A stretch of 64,000 nucleotides of DNA from the IMG/VR virus record IMGVR_UViG_3300021559_000316, one strand, 5' to 3'. Below the pieces are notes generated by a model, which was not told the DNA's origin, made no database searches, and saw only the letters and a program-made list of their open reading frames with translations. The stretch comes from an uncultured virus (IMG/VR IMGVR_UViG_3300021559_000316). Its lineage: Duplodnaviria > Heunggongvirae > Uroviricota > Caudoviricetes. The translations under genes were made by a program, and so were the position numbers. This document shows, one piece after another, positions 17,903-27,914 of this stretch; position 1 is the stretch's first letter; each line of letters starts with the position of its first letter.

Positions 17903-19263
17903 CCACCGTTCTCAAGAACGTTCTCGCTTTCCACGGGCTCGCAGTCGGAGTCCCGGCGAGCCAGCCGCATCTTTTGAACGTCATCGGGGTTGCGGTGATC
18001 CCCGACATCGTCGCCAAGAGCGTCGACGGCTTCAACATCACCGCGGACACGATCAACGTCACCGTCACGCGGCAAGCGAGTGGACCCGCCGACGTCAACA
18101 TCTACGTCGAGCACTGGCACACGATCGAAGACTCCGAGCCGCCTGGCGGGATCGGCGCTCCGCCGCTTCCGTTCGTGATCGACAACGGAGGTGGTGGCGG
18201 TGCTGCCGGACCGACCGGCCCCGCCGGTCCTGCCGGTCCGCCGGGATCAGCGGGACCGACCGGTGCGACAGGGAGCGGAGGGCCCGGCCCCCAAGGGCCC
18301 ACCGGCGCGATGGGCCCTGGTGGATCCGGCGGCCCCACTGGACCAACGGGACCGGCGGGCTCGGGTGGTGGCGCGGTAGCGCAAACGACGGATCCGATCT
18401 TCCAGACCGGCGTCCAGGGTGACGTCGTGTTCGACGGCGTCGCGACCGTGCTCGGGATGGCGCCCAACGCGAACGTGTACACGCTCACGAAGGAGTTGAT
18501 GGTCCGCAACATGACCGTGAACGCCGGTGTGCGCGTGTTCGCCGCAGGCTTCGCGATCTTCGTCTCGGGCACGCTCACCGGCGGGGGCTCGATCGACAAC
18601 GATGGCCTCGACGCGATCACGTTCAACGGCGGTCTGTCGACGCCTACGACGCCGCGTTTTTTCCGCAACGCGGCCGGCGGCGGATCAGGCAATCCCGGCG
18701 AGAGCCCCGGCGCGTCACCCTATCCGTGGTTCTCGAATGCAGCCGGTGGCGCTGGCGGCGTCGCGCCGAACGGCAACGGCCAACCGGGCACGGCGCCCGG
18801 CGGTGGTGGCGGTGGTGGCGCGACCGCGGGCGGCAACGGCGCCGCCGGTGGATCGGTCACTGCAACGGGCGCGACCGAGGCCGCCGACTACGTGCAGCTG
18901 ATCATCGGCCGGTACATCGCGACGGGATCGACATTCACGCAGGGGGCCGGTGGCGGCGCCGGCAGCACGAACGTCGGCCAAGGCGGCGGCGGTGGCGCGA
19001 GCGGTGGGTTCCTGCTCCTCGCCGCGAATCAGATCACCGGTACGCTGGCCATCCACGCGCGTGGCGGTCGCGGAGCAAACGGCGGCGTTGCGGGCGCGCC
19101 CGGTGGCGGTGGCGGCGGCGGTGGCATGACGATCGTGTTCTCCGAGTCGATCGGGCCTGGCGTCACGATCGACGCGAACGGCGGCGCTCCCGGAAACGGC
19201 AACGCCGGTGGAGGCAACGGCGGCGTGGGCGCGGCCGGCGTGGTCGCGACGTACCTGCTCTAG
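17899..19263 (+). CDS. fibre/spike-like protein: short collagen + glycine-rich C-terminal domain
   Basis: GPT/GPA triplets, then GDVVFDG..YTLT.. and GGGGG runs. Confidence 0.75.
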   Translation: MTTVLKNVLAFHGLAVGVPASQPHLLNVIGVAVIPDIVAKSVDGFNITADTINVTVTRQASGPADVNIYVEHWHTIEDSEPPGGIGAPPLPFVIDNGGGGGAAGPTGPAGPAGPPGSAGPTGATGSGGPGPQGPTGAMGPGGSGGPTGPTGPAGSGGGAVAQTTDPIFQTGVQGDVVFDGVATVLGMAPNANVYTLTKELMVRNMTVNAGVRVFAAGFAIFVSGTLTGGGSIDNDGLDAITFNGGLSTPTTPRFFRNAAGGGSGNPGESPGASPYPWFSNAAGGAGGVAPNGNGQPGTAPGGGGGGGATAGGNGAAGGSVTATGATEAADYVQLIIGRYIATGSTFTQGAGGGAGSTNVGQGGGGGASGGFLLLAANQITGTLAIHARGGRGANGGVAGAPGGGGGGGGMTIVFSESIGPGVTIDANGGAPGNGNAGGGNGGVGAAGVVATYLL

Positions 19264-19264
19264 G

Positions 19265-21394
19265 TCACACCGCGAAGTCTTCGCGCAGCGCCTTCATCAC
19301 TTTGTCGACGTCGAAGAACGCCAGGTTCGCGGTGGAATCGCTCACGCTGTAGCTCGCGACGAGCCGATTCTTGGCGTGATCGTACGCTAGCCCGGCGGCG
19401 TACTCGATGCCGCGATGCTGGAAGTAGAAGAAGTCGGACATCTTCTTGACGACGAACTCCGCGTCGAGCCACACGAAGCGATGCAAGTACGTTCGGTACT
19501 GGCCCGAGAACGTGACGTCGTGGATGAGGCAGATGTAGCCATCATCGAACGGCACGAGCTGCGAGCCGCCGCGCAGGTGCGGGTTGGCGCCTAATCGAGC
19601 CGCTTCCGAAGCGACGGCCTGACGGCTCACGACATCGAGATCTAGCACCGTCGTGGGGCACAGCGAGTAGATGATCTTCGTCGACTTGCCGGATGCAGTC
19701 TCGATGGGCATCCAGTTCTTCTGGTTGAGCAACGACCACTGGCCACGGAGCGGCGTCGCGCGAATGATCGCGTAGTCGCCACCTAGCTCTAGGAGCACGA
19801 TCTCGCGAAGCCCGAATATCGCGTACGAGAAATCGCAGACGGTCGCCGTGCAGTAGAGCTTGCCGCCCACCGTGAACAGCCGGCAGTCTTCGAAGCCGTG
19901 GACCGGGAAACTCGTTCGCGACGTGCTATCGAGATCCTTCATCGGCACGGTGCGCACGATCTCGTCGAGATCGCTCGTCAGCTCCAGCATCACGTTGTGA
20001 GTCTGGATCACGCCGTCAGGCGGTTCGTACGAGCAACCATCGATGATGCGGTAGTTGAGCGTACGCACGAGGCAGCGCCACTTCTCGCCATCGAAGTGCA
20101 CGCTCGGGTTCGCCGCAACGAACGGCTCTGCTGGCGCATACGGAAGACGGAACGTGGTGGCCCCGAACGTCTCGCTCGCGCTGCGCGCGTAGAACGAGCG
20201 GTTGTTGCGCAAGAGATCATCACCAGGCCGCGCCTTGACGGCTTTCGCAGCGAACGCTGCGCCGATCTCCCGCTCGTCGAGATAGAAAGCCGCGATCGCC
20301 GTCAGGTGTGCCGCCTTCCAGTCGTAGATGTCACGATCGACGAAGAGCAGCGCGTTCGGGGCCGGCAGCTCGGCGGCTCTCCGCGCGAACAGGAACGTCA
20401 TCGGGAGGTTGTCGGGCGCGTGATAGTAGTAGTAGTCCGCGATCGCGTAGAGCGGCTCGGCGCGCCGCTTGTCGAACGTGTGCGCGTCGAGGTACGCCTG
20501 CTGCACCTCTGGCCACGGGCGACCGAGGCGCTTCATCATGTGGCCTCGGCGAAGTCGTGCCTCGAAGGTCTCCTCGATCCAACCGCCCAACTCGATCCGT
20601 TTCTCGTACATCGCGAGCGCTTCTTCGGTGCGGCCCAAGCAATCGAGCGTCTGCGCGAGGTAGAACGCCGTGCGCGGCTCGGGCCTCGCGGCGAAGTCAG
20701 CTTCGAGAAGATCTAGATCACGCACCCAGCGAGCGCGCGTCGCTTCGAGGCTGCGTGGCGTGCGATCTTGCGACAGCACGACACCGGGCGCCTTGACCGA
20801 TGCGGTTTGCCCACCAGGGCGGCCCGAGCATTCATGGACGCGCCCGCTGTAGCGCCAGCGCGCGCTCGTGCGCATCACGAGCGGCAAGAAGTACGACAGC
20901 TCGCCGCGACGAATGTTGACGAGGTACGCCTCGTGCTCGACCTCGCCGTTCTTCAGGCGTTCGAGAAGGTGCGCACGCAGCGCATCGCCGCCGACGAGGC
21001 GATCGTCGCTATCGGGCATGATCGTGAAGATCGTGCGCTCGCCGTGTATCTCCAGCGCGCGATTGCGGCTCGTCGAGAAATCGACGAATGGATCTTCGAT
21101 GATCCGACCCGGTACGCCATCCATCGTCTGGCGGATGATCTCCTGCGTGCCGTCGGTCGATCCCGTGTCGAGGATCGTCCACTCCTCGATGAAGGGGCGA
21201 AGCGTCTGAAGCGTCGCGGCGATCCCGTGCGCCTCGTTCTTGACGATCATCACCAGGCCCAAGAGCGGCTGGCGCCCGGAGGCCGAGAGCGGTGGGGGCT
21301 CGACGGGCTTTTCGACGACTGGCAGCTCAGGAGCTTGCGCGGGCGCTACCGAAGCCGTCTTGGTTCGCGACTTCGTTCGATGCTTGGCCGACAT
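19265..21394 (-). CDS. GT2 (SunS/SPbeta-like) glycosyltransferase with TPR and C-terminal beta-propeller
   Basis: MIVKNE..DTGSTDGT..DFSTSRN..VHE; FYLAQT TPR; NPS, GFEDCRL, QKNWMP, RGGSQ, IEYAAGL, SYSV. Confidence 0.85.
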   Translation of the reverse strand: MSAKHRTKSRTKTASVAPAQAPELPVVEKPVEPPPLSASGRQPLLGLVMIVKNEAHGIAATLQTLRPFIEEWTILDTGSTDGTQEIIRQTMDGVPGRIIEDPFVDFSTSRNRALEIHGERTIFTIMPDSDDRLVGGDALRAHLLERLKNGEVEHEAYLVNIRRGELSYFLPLVMRTSARWRYSGRVHECSGRPGGQTASVKAPGVVLSQDRTPRSLEATRARWVRDLDLLEADFAARPEPRTAFYLAQTLDCLGRTEEALAMYEKRIELGGWIEETFEARLRRGHMMKRLGRPWPEVQQAYLDAHTFDKRRAEPLYAIADYYYYHAPDNLPMTFLFARRAAELPAPNALLFVDRDIYDWKAAHLTAIAAFYLDEREIGAAFAAKAVKARPGDDLLRNNRSFYARSASETFGATTFRLPYAPAEPFVAANPSVHFDGEKWRCLVRTLNYRIIDGCSYEPPDGVIQTHNVMLELTSDLDEIVRTVPMKDLDSTSRTSFPVHGFEDCRLFTVGGKLYCTATVCDFSYAIFGLREIVLLELGGDYAIIRATPLRGQWSLLNQKNWMPIETASGKSTKIIYSLCPTTVLDLDVVSRQAVASEAARLGANPHLRGGSQLVPFDDGYICLIHDVTFSGQYRTYLHRFVWLDAEFVVKKMSDFFYFQHRGIEYAAGLAYDHAKNRLVASYSVSDSTANLAFFDVDKVMKALREDFAV

Positions 21395-21424
21395 CGAACA
21401 CGTACGTATCACAGCGGTACGGCA

Positions 21425-21655
21425 TCAAGACGTCTTGGTGACGATCGCACGTACGACGCTCGCGGTCGCCGCATCCGGCCCACCGGCGGCGATGGTCGCG
21501 TTGAGCTGCGTGATCGCGCGCGTCATGAGGTCAGCCGAGTCAGGCGACGGTGACGCCGGCTGCGCGTGGCATACGGACGGAGCGCGACCACTGCCGCACA
21601 AGCACGTCGTGATCGCGTGGCTCGTCCGCTTCCTACGGTCCTCGACCGAACGCAC
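21425..21655 (-). CDS. small SEC-C-like Zn-motif protein
   Basis: CLCGSGRAPSVCH; GTGATATACT-N6-GTG promoter. Confidence 0.55.
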   Translation of the reverse strand: MRSVEDRRKRTSHAITTCLCGSGRAPSVCHAQPASPSPDSADLMTRAITQLNATIAAGGPDAATASVVRAIVTKTS

Positions 21656-21674
21656 GAACCCAGTATATCACGGC

Positions 21675-22499
21675 TCAGCTGGCCGGCGCTCCCTGCGTCG
21701 GCACCGCGAGCGACGGCTCGGGAAGGTCGAGCATGTCGGGCTTGATCGCCTTGAGCCGCACGACCCAGTCGACGATCGTGTTCCAGCTCTCGTTGAACAT
21801 GCGCTGCTGGACGTCGGCGGACCGCGCGTTCATGTCCGTCATGACCGTGTGATCGATCTTGCCGTCGAAGTCGCACTTCACGTTGTAGTGATCGAGGTGG
21901 TTGACCTCGCGGAACTTCTTGAACAGGTAGAAGAAGGCTTCCGCTGGATAGAAGCGCCGATGCGTCGGATCTTGGAACGCGCGGTTGTTGCGCAAGCACG
22001 GCACGACGACCGTCATCCAAGCCCCGGGCGCGAGGATCCGATGACACTCGTCGAAGAAGGCGAAGAACAGATCCCTTGCGCCGGGCGTGCCGACCGGGAC
22101 CGCGTTGCCGTGCTCGTCGACCTCGATCGCCGACAGGTGTTCGACGAAATGGCTGCAGTGCAGCTCGACGACGCTCCCATCGGCCCACGGCCACGGGAAC
22201 CTCATCAGGTTGACCTCGTGCTTGACCGACTTCCGCGCCTTCTCGTACTCGGTCAGGCGCTTCTGCTCTTCTTCCGTGCGATCGGGCTTGTCGCGAAGCT
22301 GTGCGATCTGCGCGTCGAGGTACACCCCGATCCCAGGTCGGTCGACGCCATCGAAGCCGACCTTGCAGTTCTGCCCACACGCGAGATCGAGCTTGAGCGT
22401 CGGCGTAGGCCGAGCCAGCTCGGGCTTCTTGCCGTCGATCGGCTTGCGCGTGGTCTTGGCCGCCAGCTTGCGTCGCTTCTTCGACTGCTTTCCGCTCAT
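21675..22499 (-). CDS. class I SAM methyltransferase
   Basis: KLDLACG..GFDGVD..PWPWADGSV..SHFVEH..ECHRILAPG..DPTH. Confidence 0.8.
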   Translation of the reverse strand: MSGKQSKKRRKLAAKTTRKPIDGKKPELARPTPTLKLDLACGQNCKVGFDGVDRPGIGVYLDAQIAQLRDKPDRTEEEQKRLTEYEKARKSVKHEVNLMRFPWPWADGSVVELHCSHFVEHLSAIEVDEHGNAVPVGTPGARDLFFAFFDECHRILAPGAWMTVVVPCLRNNRAFQDPTHRRFYPAEAFFYLFKKFREVNHLDHYNVKCDFDGKIDHTVMTDMNARSADVQQRMFNESWNTIVDWVVRLKAIKPDMLDLPEPSLAVPTQGAPAS

Positions 22500-23092
22500 G
22501 TTGCTATTGCCTTCTGGGTGAAGCCCGGTAGCGAGACGATCCGCTCTTGTGTTGCAACCATCTCTGGCAATGGAAATCCTCCGAGATCCTTGTAATGAAG
22601 CGCGTACAGCGCAGCATTCATCAGACGCTGCGGATCATCGTGGAACAGCCCGAGCCCGATGTTGCAGTCGTCGCAGAGAAGCCCTCGCAGCTGTCCTGTC
22701 GCATGATCGTGGTCGATCGCTAGATCCTTGCTCCTACCCGCTAACGCGCGCCCATGCGGCAGGCGACAGATCGCGCACAAGCCGTCCTGCGCGGCGAGCT
22801 TCGCGTCGTACTGCTCCTGCGTCATGCCCTGACGCTTCAGATCCTTACGACGTGTGCGTTCGACGTACTTCTGGTAACGAGCGGGGTCAGCGATCAGGTT
22901 GGCCCACCATCTCTCGCGGTACGCCTTCTTTCTCTCCGGGTTCTCGTCCAACCACCTCTTGGTGATGTCTCTGGCCACGTGCCACGAACACGTGCCTCTA
23001 ACCTTCTGCTTCCCGCAATACTTTTGCCCGCGCGCCGTCGGTATGTACTCAACGCCGCAACGCAAGCACGAGCGTGGAGGTAGCGCGTTCAT
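22496..23092 (-). CDS. endonuclease VII-family (His-Me) homing endonuclease
   Basis: QDGLCAIC..LAIDHDHATGQLRGLLCDDCNIGLG. Confidence 0.85.
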   Translation of the reverse strand: MNALPPRSCLRCGVEYIPTARGQKYCGKQKVRGTCSWHVARDITKRWLDENPERKKAYRERWWANLIADPARYQKYVERTRRKDLKRQGMTQEQYDAKLAAQDGLCAICRLPHGRALAGRSKDLAIDHDHATGQLRGLLCDDCNIGLGLFHDDPQRLMNAALYALHYKDLGGFPLPEMVATQERIVSLPGFTQKAIAT

Positions 23093-24075
23093 AACCACTC
23101 GGGATGCTCTAGCGCCCAACGCACGATCTCATCGAGCGCGGCATCTAGCGCAGTCGGCGGCCTCCAACCGAGCGCAGCCATCTTCGAGCCGTCAAGGCTG
23201 TAGCGCCTATCGTGGCCAGGCCGCCCCAGGTGGAAATCTTGGAAGCGAATCTTCGCGTCGACGTTGCGGCCAGCTCGGCGTAACGTCTGCTCGATGCGAT
23301 GTACGACGTCGAGGTTGGATATCTCCTCCGCGCCGACAACGTTGTAACGCTCGCCGCGCTTGCCCGCAGTCAGCAAAAAATCGAGCGCGTCCGCGTGATC
23401 TCTGGCGTGGAGGTACTTGCGGCTGCCGATGTTGTCAGGGGTGCCGTGTACGGTGATCACATCTCCGCGAAGCAGTGAACGGACCACCTTCGGTACGAAC
23501 TTCTCGACCGCCTGCTTGGGGCCGATATTGTTCATTGTGTTAGTCACGATGATCGGCACGCCCATCGAATGCTCGTACGCGTACGCGAGATCTTCGGCCG
23601 CCGCTTTCGTTGCTGAGTAGACGTTAGACGGTCGATGCGGAAACTCCTCGGTGTGGTCGATGCCGATCGGCGCTGGACCGAAAACTTCGTCGGTAGAGAT
23701 CAGGAACATCGTCTGAAGGCGCGGCTGATGCAGCCGACAGAATTCAAGCAGATGGAACGTGCCGAGGATGTTCGACTCGACGAACGGCGTTGGATCAACA
23801 CAACTCCGATCGACATGTGTCTCGGCCGCTAGGTGGAAGATCAGATCAAGTTCGCCGAGTTGCCCACGCACGTGATCTGGGATCGGTGCTCGCAGGTCGT
23901 GGTACACGACACGCAGCCGATCGCGAATCGGCTCTACGCGTTCGAGAGCGCTCGCGTAATTCAGTCGATCAATCGTACTGATCTTCCAGCCTGGATATTT
24001 TTTCGCTAAGTAGCATGCAACGTGGCTCCCGATGAAGCCGGCCGCGCCGGTAATGAGCACGTTCTTCGCCGTCAC
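23089..24075 (-). CDS. rmlB: dTDP-glucose 4,6-dehydratase
   Basis: ITGAAGFIGSH, HLAAETHVDRS, ISTDEVFG, YSATKA, RPGHDRRY. Confidence 0.9.
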   Translation of the reverse strand: MTAKNVLITGAAGFIGSHVACYLAKKYPGWKISTIDRLNYASALERVEPIRDRLRVVYHDLRAPIPDHVRGQLGELDLIFHLAAETHVDRSCVDPTPFVESNILGTFHLLEFCRLHQPRLQTMFLISTDEVFGPAPIGIDHTEEFPHRPSNVYSATKAAAEDLAYAYEHSMGVPIIVTNTMNNIGPKQAVEKFVPKVVRSLLRGDVITVHGTPDNIGSRKYLHARDHADALDFLLTAGKRGERYNVVGAEEISNLDVVHRIEQTLRRAGRNVDAKIRFQDFHLGRPGHDRRYSLDGSKMAALGWRPPTALDAALDEIVRWALEHPEWL

Positions 24076-24410
24076 GTGATCACTTCCCACAGCTGGCGAT
24101 CACGCTCGTGGATGTTGACGATGCGCTTGCCGTTCACGAGGTGTCCGTAGTCGCCGGGCATCGGATCGAACTCGATCGTGCTGCAGCCGTCGATCGTGCC
24201 GTGCTCGATCTCCGCCGGGCCGTAGCCGTCATCGATCGGGTTAGCCACCATCCCGCCTGGGAAACCATCTTGTGCGTGCACAACGACGTGCTCGCTCCCC
24301 GTGGCGACGACGCGCTTCTCGCCGAAGACGCCAACCTTGAACGGCGGTCCCAGGTAGCGAAGCTTGGTGCCGACGGGAAACGGCGCTGGGATTGGCTCGC
24401 GCATCGACAT
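24072..24410 (-). CDS. hypothetical protein
   Basis: 112 aa, coupled to both neighbours. Confidence 0.55.
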   Translation of the reverse strand: MSMREPIPAPFPVGTKLRYLGPPFKVGVFGEKRVVATGSEHVVVHAQDGFPGGMVANPIDDGYGPAEIEHGTIDGCSTIEFDPMPGDYGHLVNGKRIVNIHERDRQLWEVIT

Positions 24411-25216
24411 CAGTAGACGACTCCGCTGGCTTCATCGAGGTGGCCAACGCGCACGCGCAGGTCGACGCCGAAGCGCTTGCCCGCGCGCTTGGCCTTCTCG
24501 CAGAAGAACAGATCCTGCGTGAAGCCCTGCACGCCCTTGCCCTCGACGATGTCGTTGACGGTCACGAACCACGGCGGCTCGATCTGACGGAACAGATCAA
24601 GGCGATAGAGCGAGCAGCCCATCGCGATGCCATTGCACTCGACGACGCGGTTGCTCGCAGTAAGCGCGGCGCGGATGTCGCGCGGCGCGAATTCGAGCAC
24701 GCCGGTCTGGCGATACGCTTCGGGGTCGCCGTAGCACATCGGCATGTTGACGTCGCCTTTGGTGAAGTAGATCCCGGAGACGCCGTCGAAGCCGAACTCC
24801 TCGATCGATTCGAGCAAGCGGATGTGTGCGTCGGGCGGCTGGATGTTGTCTGATTCGAGCGTCATGACGTACTTCCACGTCGACAGCTGCGGATCCTTCA
24901 AGATGTTCTGGATCGTCGTCGTGTACGCCTTACCGACCTCGTCGTTGATCACATAGATGAACGCGCGCTTCTGGTTCATCGGCGCGATCAAGTTCTGCCA
25001 GCTGTTGACGATCCTGAAGTGGAACTTCTCGCTGCGCGACGGAACGATGATGATCGTCGAGCTATCGCGATACGTCGAGCTGGAGTGCTTCTGCACGCGC
25101 TCGAAGCCGAGGCCGTCGAGTGATCGCTTGAGCGCGTCCGGGCCTTCGATCCATTGTGGCTGCGGCGGTAGCTGACGCGCCGACGTAGACGGTGTGATGC
25201 CGCGCCTCTTCGTCAT
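24410..25216 (-). CDS. GT-A fold glycosyltransferase-like protein
   Basis: TLESD..VSGIYF..MGCSL..PPWF..QDLFFC..AG..VD..VGH. Confidence 0.7.
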   Translation of the reverse strand: MTKRRGITPSTSARQLPPQPQWIEGPDALKRSLDGLGFERVQKHSSSTYRDSSTIIIVPSRSEKFHFRIVNSWQNLIAPMNQKRAFIYVINDEVGKAYTTTIQNILKDPQLSTWKYVMTLESDNIQPPDAHIRLLESIEEFGFDGVSGIYFTKGDVNMPMCYGDPEAYRQTGVLEFAPRDIRAALTASNRVVECNGIAMGCSLYRLDLFRQIEPPWFVTVNDIVEGKGVQGFTQDLFFCEKAKRAGKRFGVDLRVRVGHLDEASGVVY

Positions 25217-25251
25217 CGTGCTCGCTAGGTTCTACTCGTTGGGTCCGACAT

Positions 25252-26094
25252 TTAGAACGTCCCCATCATCTGGAAGTACGGGACGCCCATGCCGAGGCCG
25301 TTGTTCGTGTCGATCTGCGTCTGATTGATCTCGGAGAGCTGCACTGCCTGCGGTGCCACGTTGACCGAGACGGCGGTGTACGCGCCAACCGCGAAGTAGT
25401 TCGTGTAGTCGCCCCCGCCGGGCGCTAGGTCAGGGCCGAGGACTGGCGTGAGCACGCCGACCACTCGTGGCCCCATGCGAGAGTCGCCCGTCGCCGAGCT
25501 GACAAGCGAGAGTGTCGAGTGACTCATCGTGTACACGGCGAAGAGGCCAGAGTTGACCGTCTGCGTTCCTGTCGATGACAAGATGCCAAGACCGACGACA
25601 TACTCACCCGGCGTAAAACTCATCGTGCCGAGGGCCATCGAGCGCTGCGTGAGTGCGCCGGCACCAGGCTCGTTCATCTGATCAAGGCGCGTCGCTTGAA
25701 TCCCGAGCAGGAAAGAGATCCGCTGGAAGAGGATCGCCGCCGTCGTTTGAATCTGCTGGGTTCCAGCTAACCCCCACCTTCGATTATCCCAGTACGAGAC
25801 CTGCGGCATCTTCGCGGTGATCGTTTGGCCAGACAGCCCGAACGAGATCCCGTTGGCGTTCGAGAACACGGCCGTGCCACTCGTTACCTGCGTCGTGCCC
25901 GCCGAGATCGACTGGATCCCAGCACCGAAGCCGGCCGACGCCGTCACGACGAGCGACGATCCACTCGTCAGCATGCCCCACACGAAGCCGCCGCTGTTCG
26001 AGAACACGACCGTGCCCGAGTTCGCGAGCACCGTGTTCGCGGCGATGTTCACGCCCAAGCGTTGGTGCGCGAGCTGAAACGGCTCGGACGCCAT
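25252..26094 (-). CDS. S/T/G-rich fibre-like protein, paralog 4 (internal blocks permuted)
   Basis: ISAGTTQVTSG.VFSN repeats; ends YFQMMGTF. Confidence 0.75.
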   Translation of the reverse strand: MASEPFQLAHQRLGVNIAANTVLANSGTVVFSNSGGFVWGMLTSGSSLVVTASAGFGAGIQSISAGTTQVTSGTAVFSNANGISFGLSGQTITAKMPQVSYWDNRRWGLAGTQQIQTTAAILFQRISFLLGIQATRLDQMNEPGAGALTQRSMALGTMSFTPGEYVVGLGILSSTGTQTVNSGLFAVYTMSHSTLSLVSSATGDSRMGPRVVGVLTPVLGPDLAPGGGDYTNYFAVGAYTAVSVNVAPQAVQLSEINQTQIDTNNGLGMGVPYFQMMGTF

Positions 26095-27027
26095 CTAGAA
26101 CGTCCCTGCGAGTTGCACGTAGGGCTGACCCCATTTTTCGAGGATCGTGACGTTGTTACTCATCACGAAGTCGGTGAGCTGCACCGACGACGGCAACGAC
26201 GGCGTGCCCGTCGAGTAGTAGCCGTTGCCGAAGTATTGCGCGACCTGGTTCGGCGCTTGGCTGAGAGACCACGAGTTCACGCATTCGCTCCCCGACACCT
26301 TGAATCCGAGCGTCACGCCAGCTGGTGCGGAGAGCGACGCCATGAACCCCAAGAGGTACTCGCCGGGCGTGATGCTCCACGTTCCAAGCGACACCGATCG
26401 GAACCGCGATCCGCTTTGCCCGCCGAAGATTGATACGGCCGATGTCGCTGTCCCGCTCGCCCACGACACCGAGATTGTCGCCGAGCTTGCCAGCGACGCG
26501 GTCGATCGCGAGAGCGTGTAGACGCCGAGGGAGATCGTATAGGTCCCCGTTGGAACGCTTAGCGACGCAACTGTCGTGTTCGCCGTGATGAGGGCGATGA
26601 GAAGATCGGCGCGCGTAGCGCTCATCGGGTAGCCGAATGAGATCCGCTGGAGCGATAGGTTCGGATTCGTCGACGACCACGGCGCCGAGATTCCCCAATA
26701 CGCGCCAGCGATTTGGTTCTCCCAATACTTGAGGATCGAGAGCTGCGCCGTCACCGTCTGTCCGTTCGCGCCGAACGAGAAGCCCCCCGAGTTGGAAAAC
26801 ACGACCTGGCCGCTCGTCACCTGCGTCGTGCCCGCCGAGATCGATTGGATCGCCGCGGTAGCTCCCGTCTGGCTCGCGGTGATGACCGAGTAGACCGACG
26901 TGAGCCAGCTCGACTGCATCCCGAACGTGACCGAGTTCGAATTGGAGAATGCGACCGTGCCGCTCTGTCCCAAGATCGTTCCGGCGGAGATGTTCACGCC
27001 GATGCGAAGCGTGTCGAGGAAGGCCAC
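26095..27027 (-). CDS. S/T/G-rich fibre-like protein, paralog 3
   Basis: GTG start overlapping upstream TAG; GVNISAGT repeats; ends YVQLAGTF. Confidence 0.75.
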   Translation of the reverse strand: MAFLDTLRIGVNISAGTILGQSGTVAFSNSNSVTFGMQSSWLTSVYSVITASQTGATAAIQSISAGTTQVTSGQVVFSNSGGFSFGANGQTVTAQLSILKYWENQIAGAYWGISAPWSSTNPNLSLQRISFGYPMSATRADLLIALITANTTVASLSVPTGTYTISLGVYTLSRSTASLASSATISVSWASGTATSAVSIFGGQSGSRFRSVSLGTWSITPGEYLLGFMASLSAPAGVTLGFKVSGSECVNSWSLSQAPNQVAQYFGNGYYSTGTPSLPSSVQLTDFVMSNNVTILEKWGQPYVQLAGTF

Positions 27028-27911
27028 TAGAACGTCCCCGCCATCTGAAAGTTGGGCTGCGCCATGTTGGCGGTGTGCGTCTGCGCGATCTCCGAGAGCT
27101 GCACGCTCGACGGAAACGCGCCCGTGCCGGTCGAGTAGAAACCGTCGCAGAAGTACGCCGAGTAGTTGCCGCCACCGGGCGCGAGCAAGGACACTTGTTG
27201 CGTCTGCCCGAAGATCGTAAGGCCTGGCGTCGATCCCGCGGGTCCGTTGATCGAGATGTTCAAGGCGAACAGGTAGTCGCCGGGCGTGACGCTCCAGGTA
27301 CCGATCGCGACCGACCGCCACCGCATGTCGCTCTGACCAGCGTAGATCGACGCGGCGCCCGTGTTCGTTCCCGAGTTCCACGTGACCACCGCGCTCGCCG
27401 AGCTGGCCAAGCTCGCCGTCGATCCGCCCATCGTGTACGCCGCGATCGAGATCGTGAAGCTGCCAGCCGTCGATCCGCCGTTCGTCATGCTGATCATGAG
27501 ATCGACGCGCGTCGCGGAGATCGGCGCTTGCACGAACGTTCGCCGGAAGCTCAAGTTGATCGTCGAGCTAGCGCCGGGGCAGGTGGCGCCCGCCCAGTCA
27601 ACGTCTTGGATCGTGATCGCCGATAGCTGCGTGATGCCTGCGGTCACCGTCTGGCCGTTGGCGCCCCACGAGATTCCGTTCGCGTTCGAGAAGACGACCC
27701 GGCCGCTCGTCACCTGCGTCGTGCCCGCCGAGATCGCCGCGATAGCCGCCCCAAGACCACCCGATGTCGACAGCGTCACCACCGTCGAGCTAGCGCTCGC
27801 CTGCGCGCCGAAGGTGACGTTGTTCGAATTTGAGAAGATGACGATGCCCGTGTACGCAACGCCGGTGCCGGCGGAGATCGCGATCCCCTGGCGGACGTTC
27901 GCGAAGCCCAC
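27027..27911 (-). CDS. S/T/G-rich fibre-like protein, paralog 2
   Basis: ISAGT..FSNSN repeats; ends FQMAGTF. Confidence 0.75.
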   Translation of the reverse strand: MGFANVRQGIAISAGTGVAYTGIVIFSNSNNVTFGAQASASSTVVTLSTSGGLGAAIAAISAGTTQVTSGRVVFSNANGISWGANGQTVTAGITQLSAITIQDVDWAGATCPGASSTINLSFRRTFVQAPISATRVDLMISMTNGGSTAGSFTISIAAYTMGGSTASLASSASAVVTWNSGTNTGAASIYAGQSDMRWRSVAIGTWSVTPGDYLFALNISINGPAGSTPGLTIFGQTQQVSLLAPGGGNYSAYFCDGFYSTGTGAFPSSVQLSEIAQTHTANMAQPNFQMAGTF

Positions 27912-27914
27912 GAG

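Noticed and set aside
22496..23092. Group I intron around the endonuclease genes
   Set aside because: Flanking genes are complete and overlap-coupled, leaving no room for ribozyme sequence.
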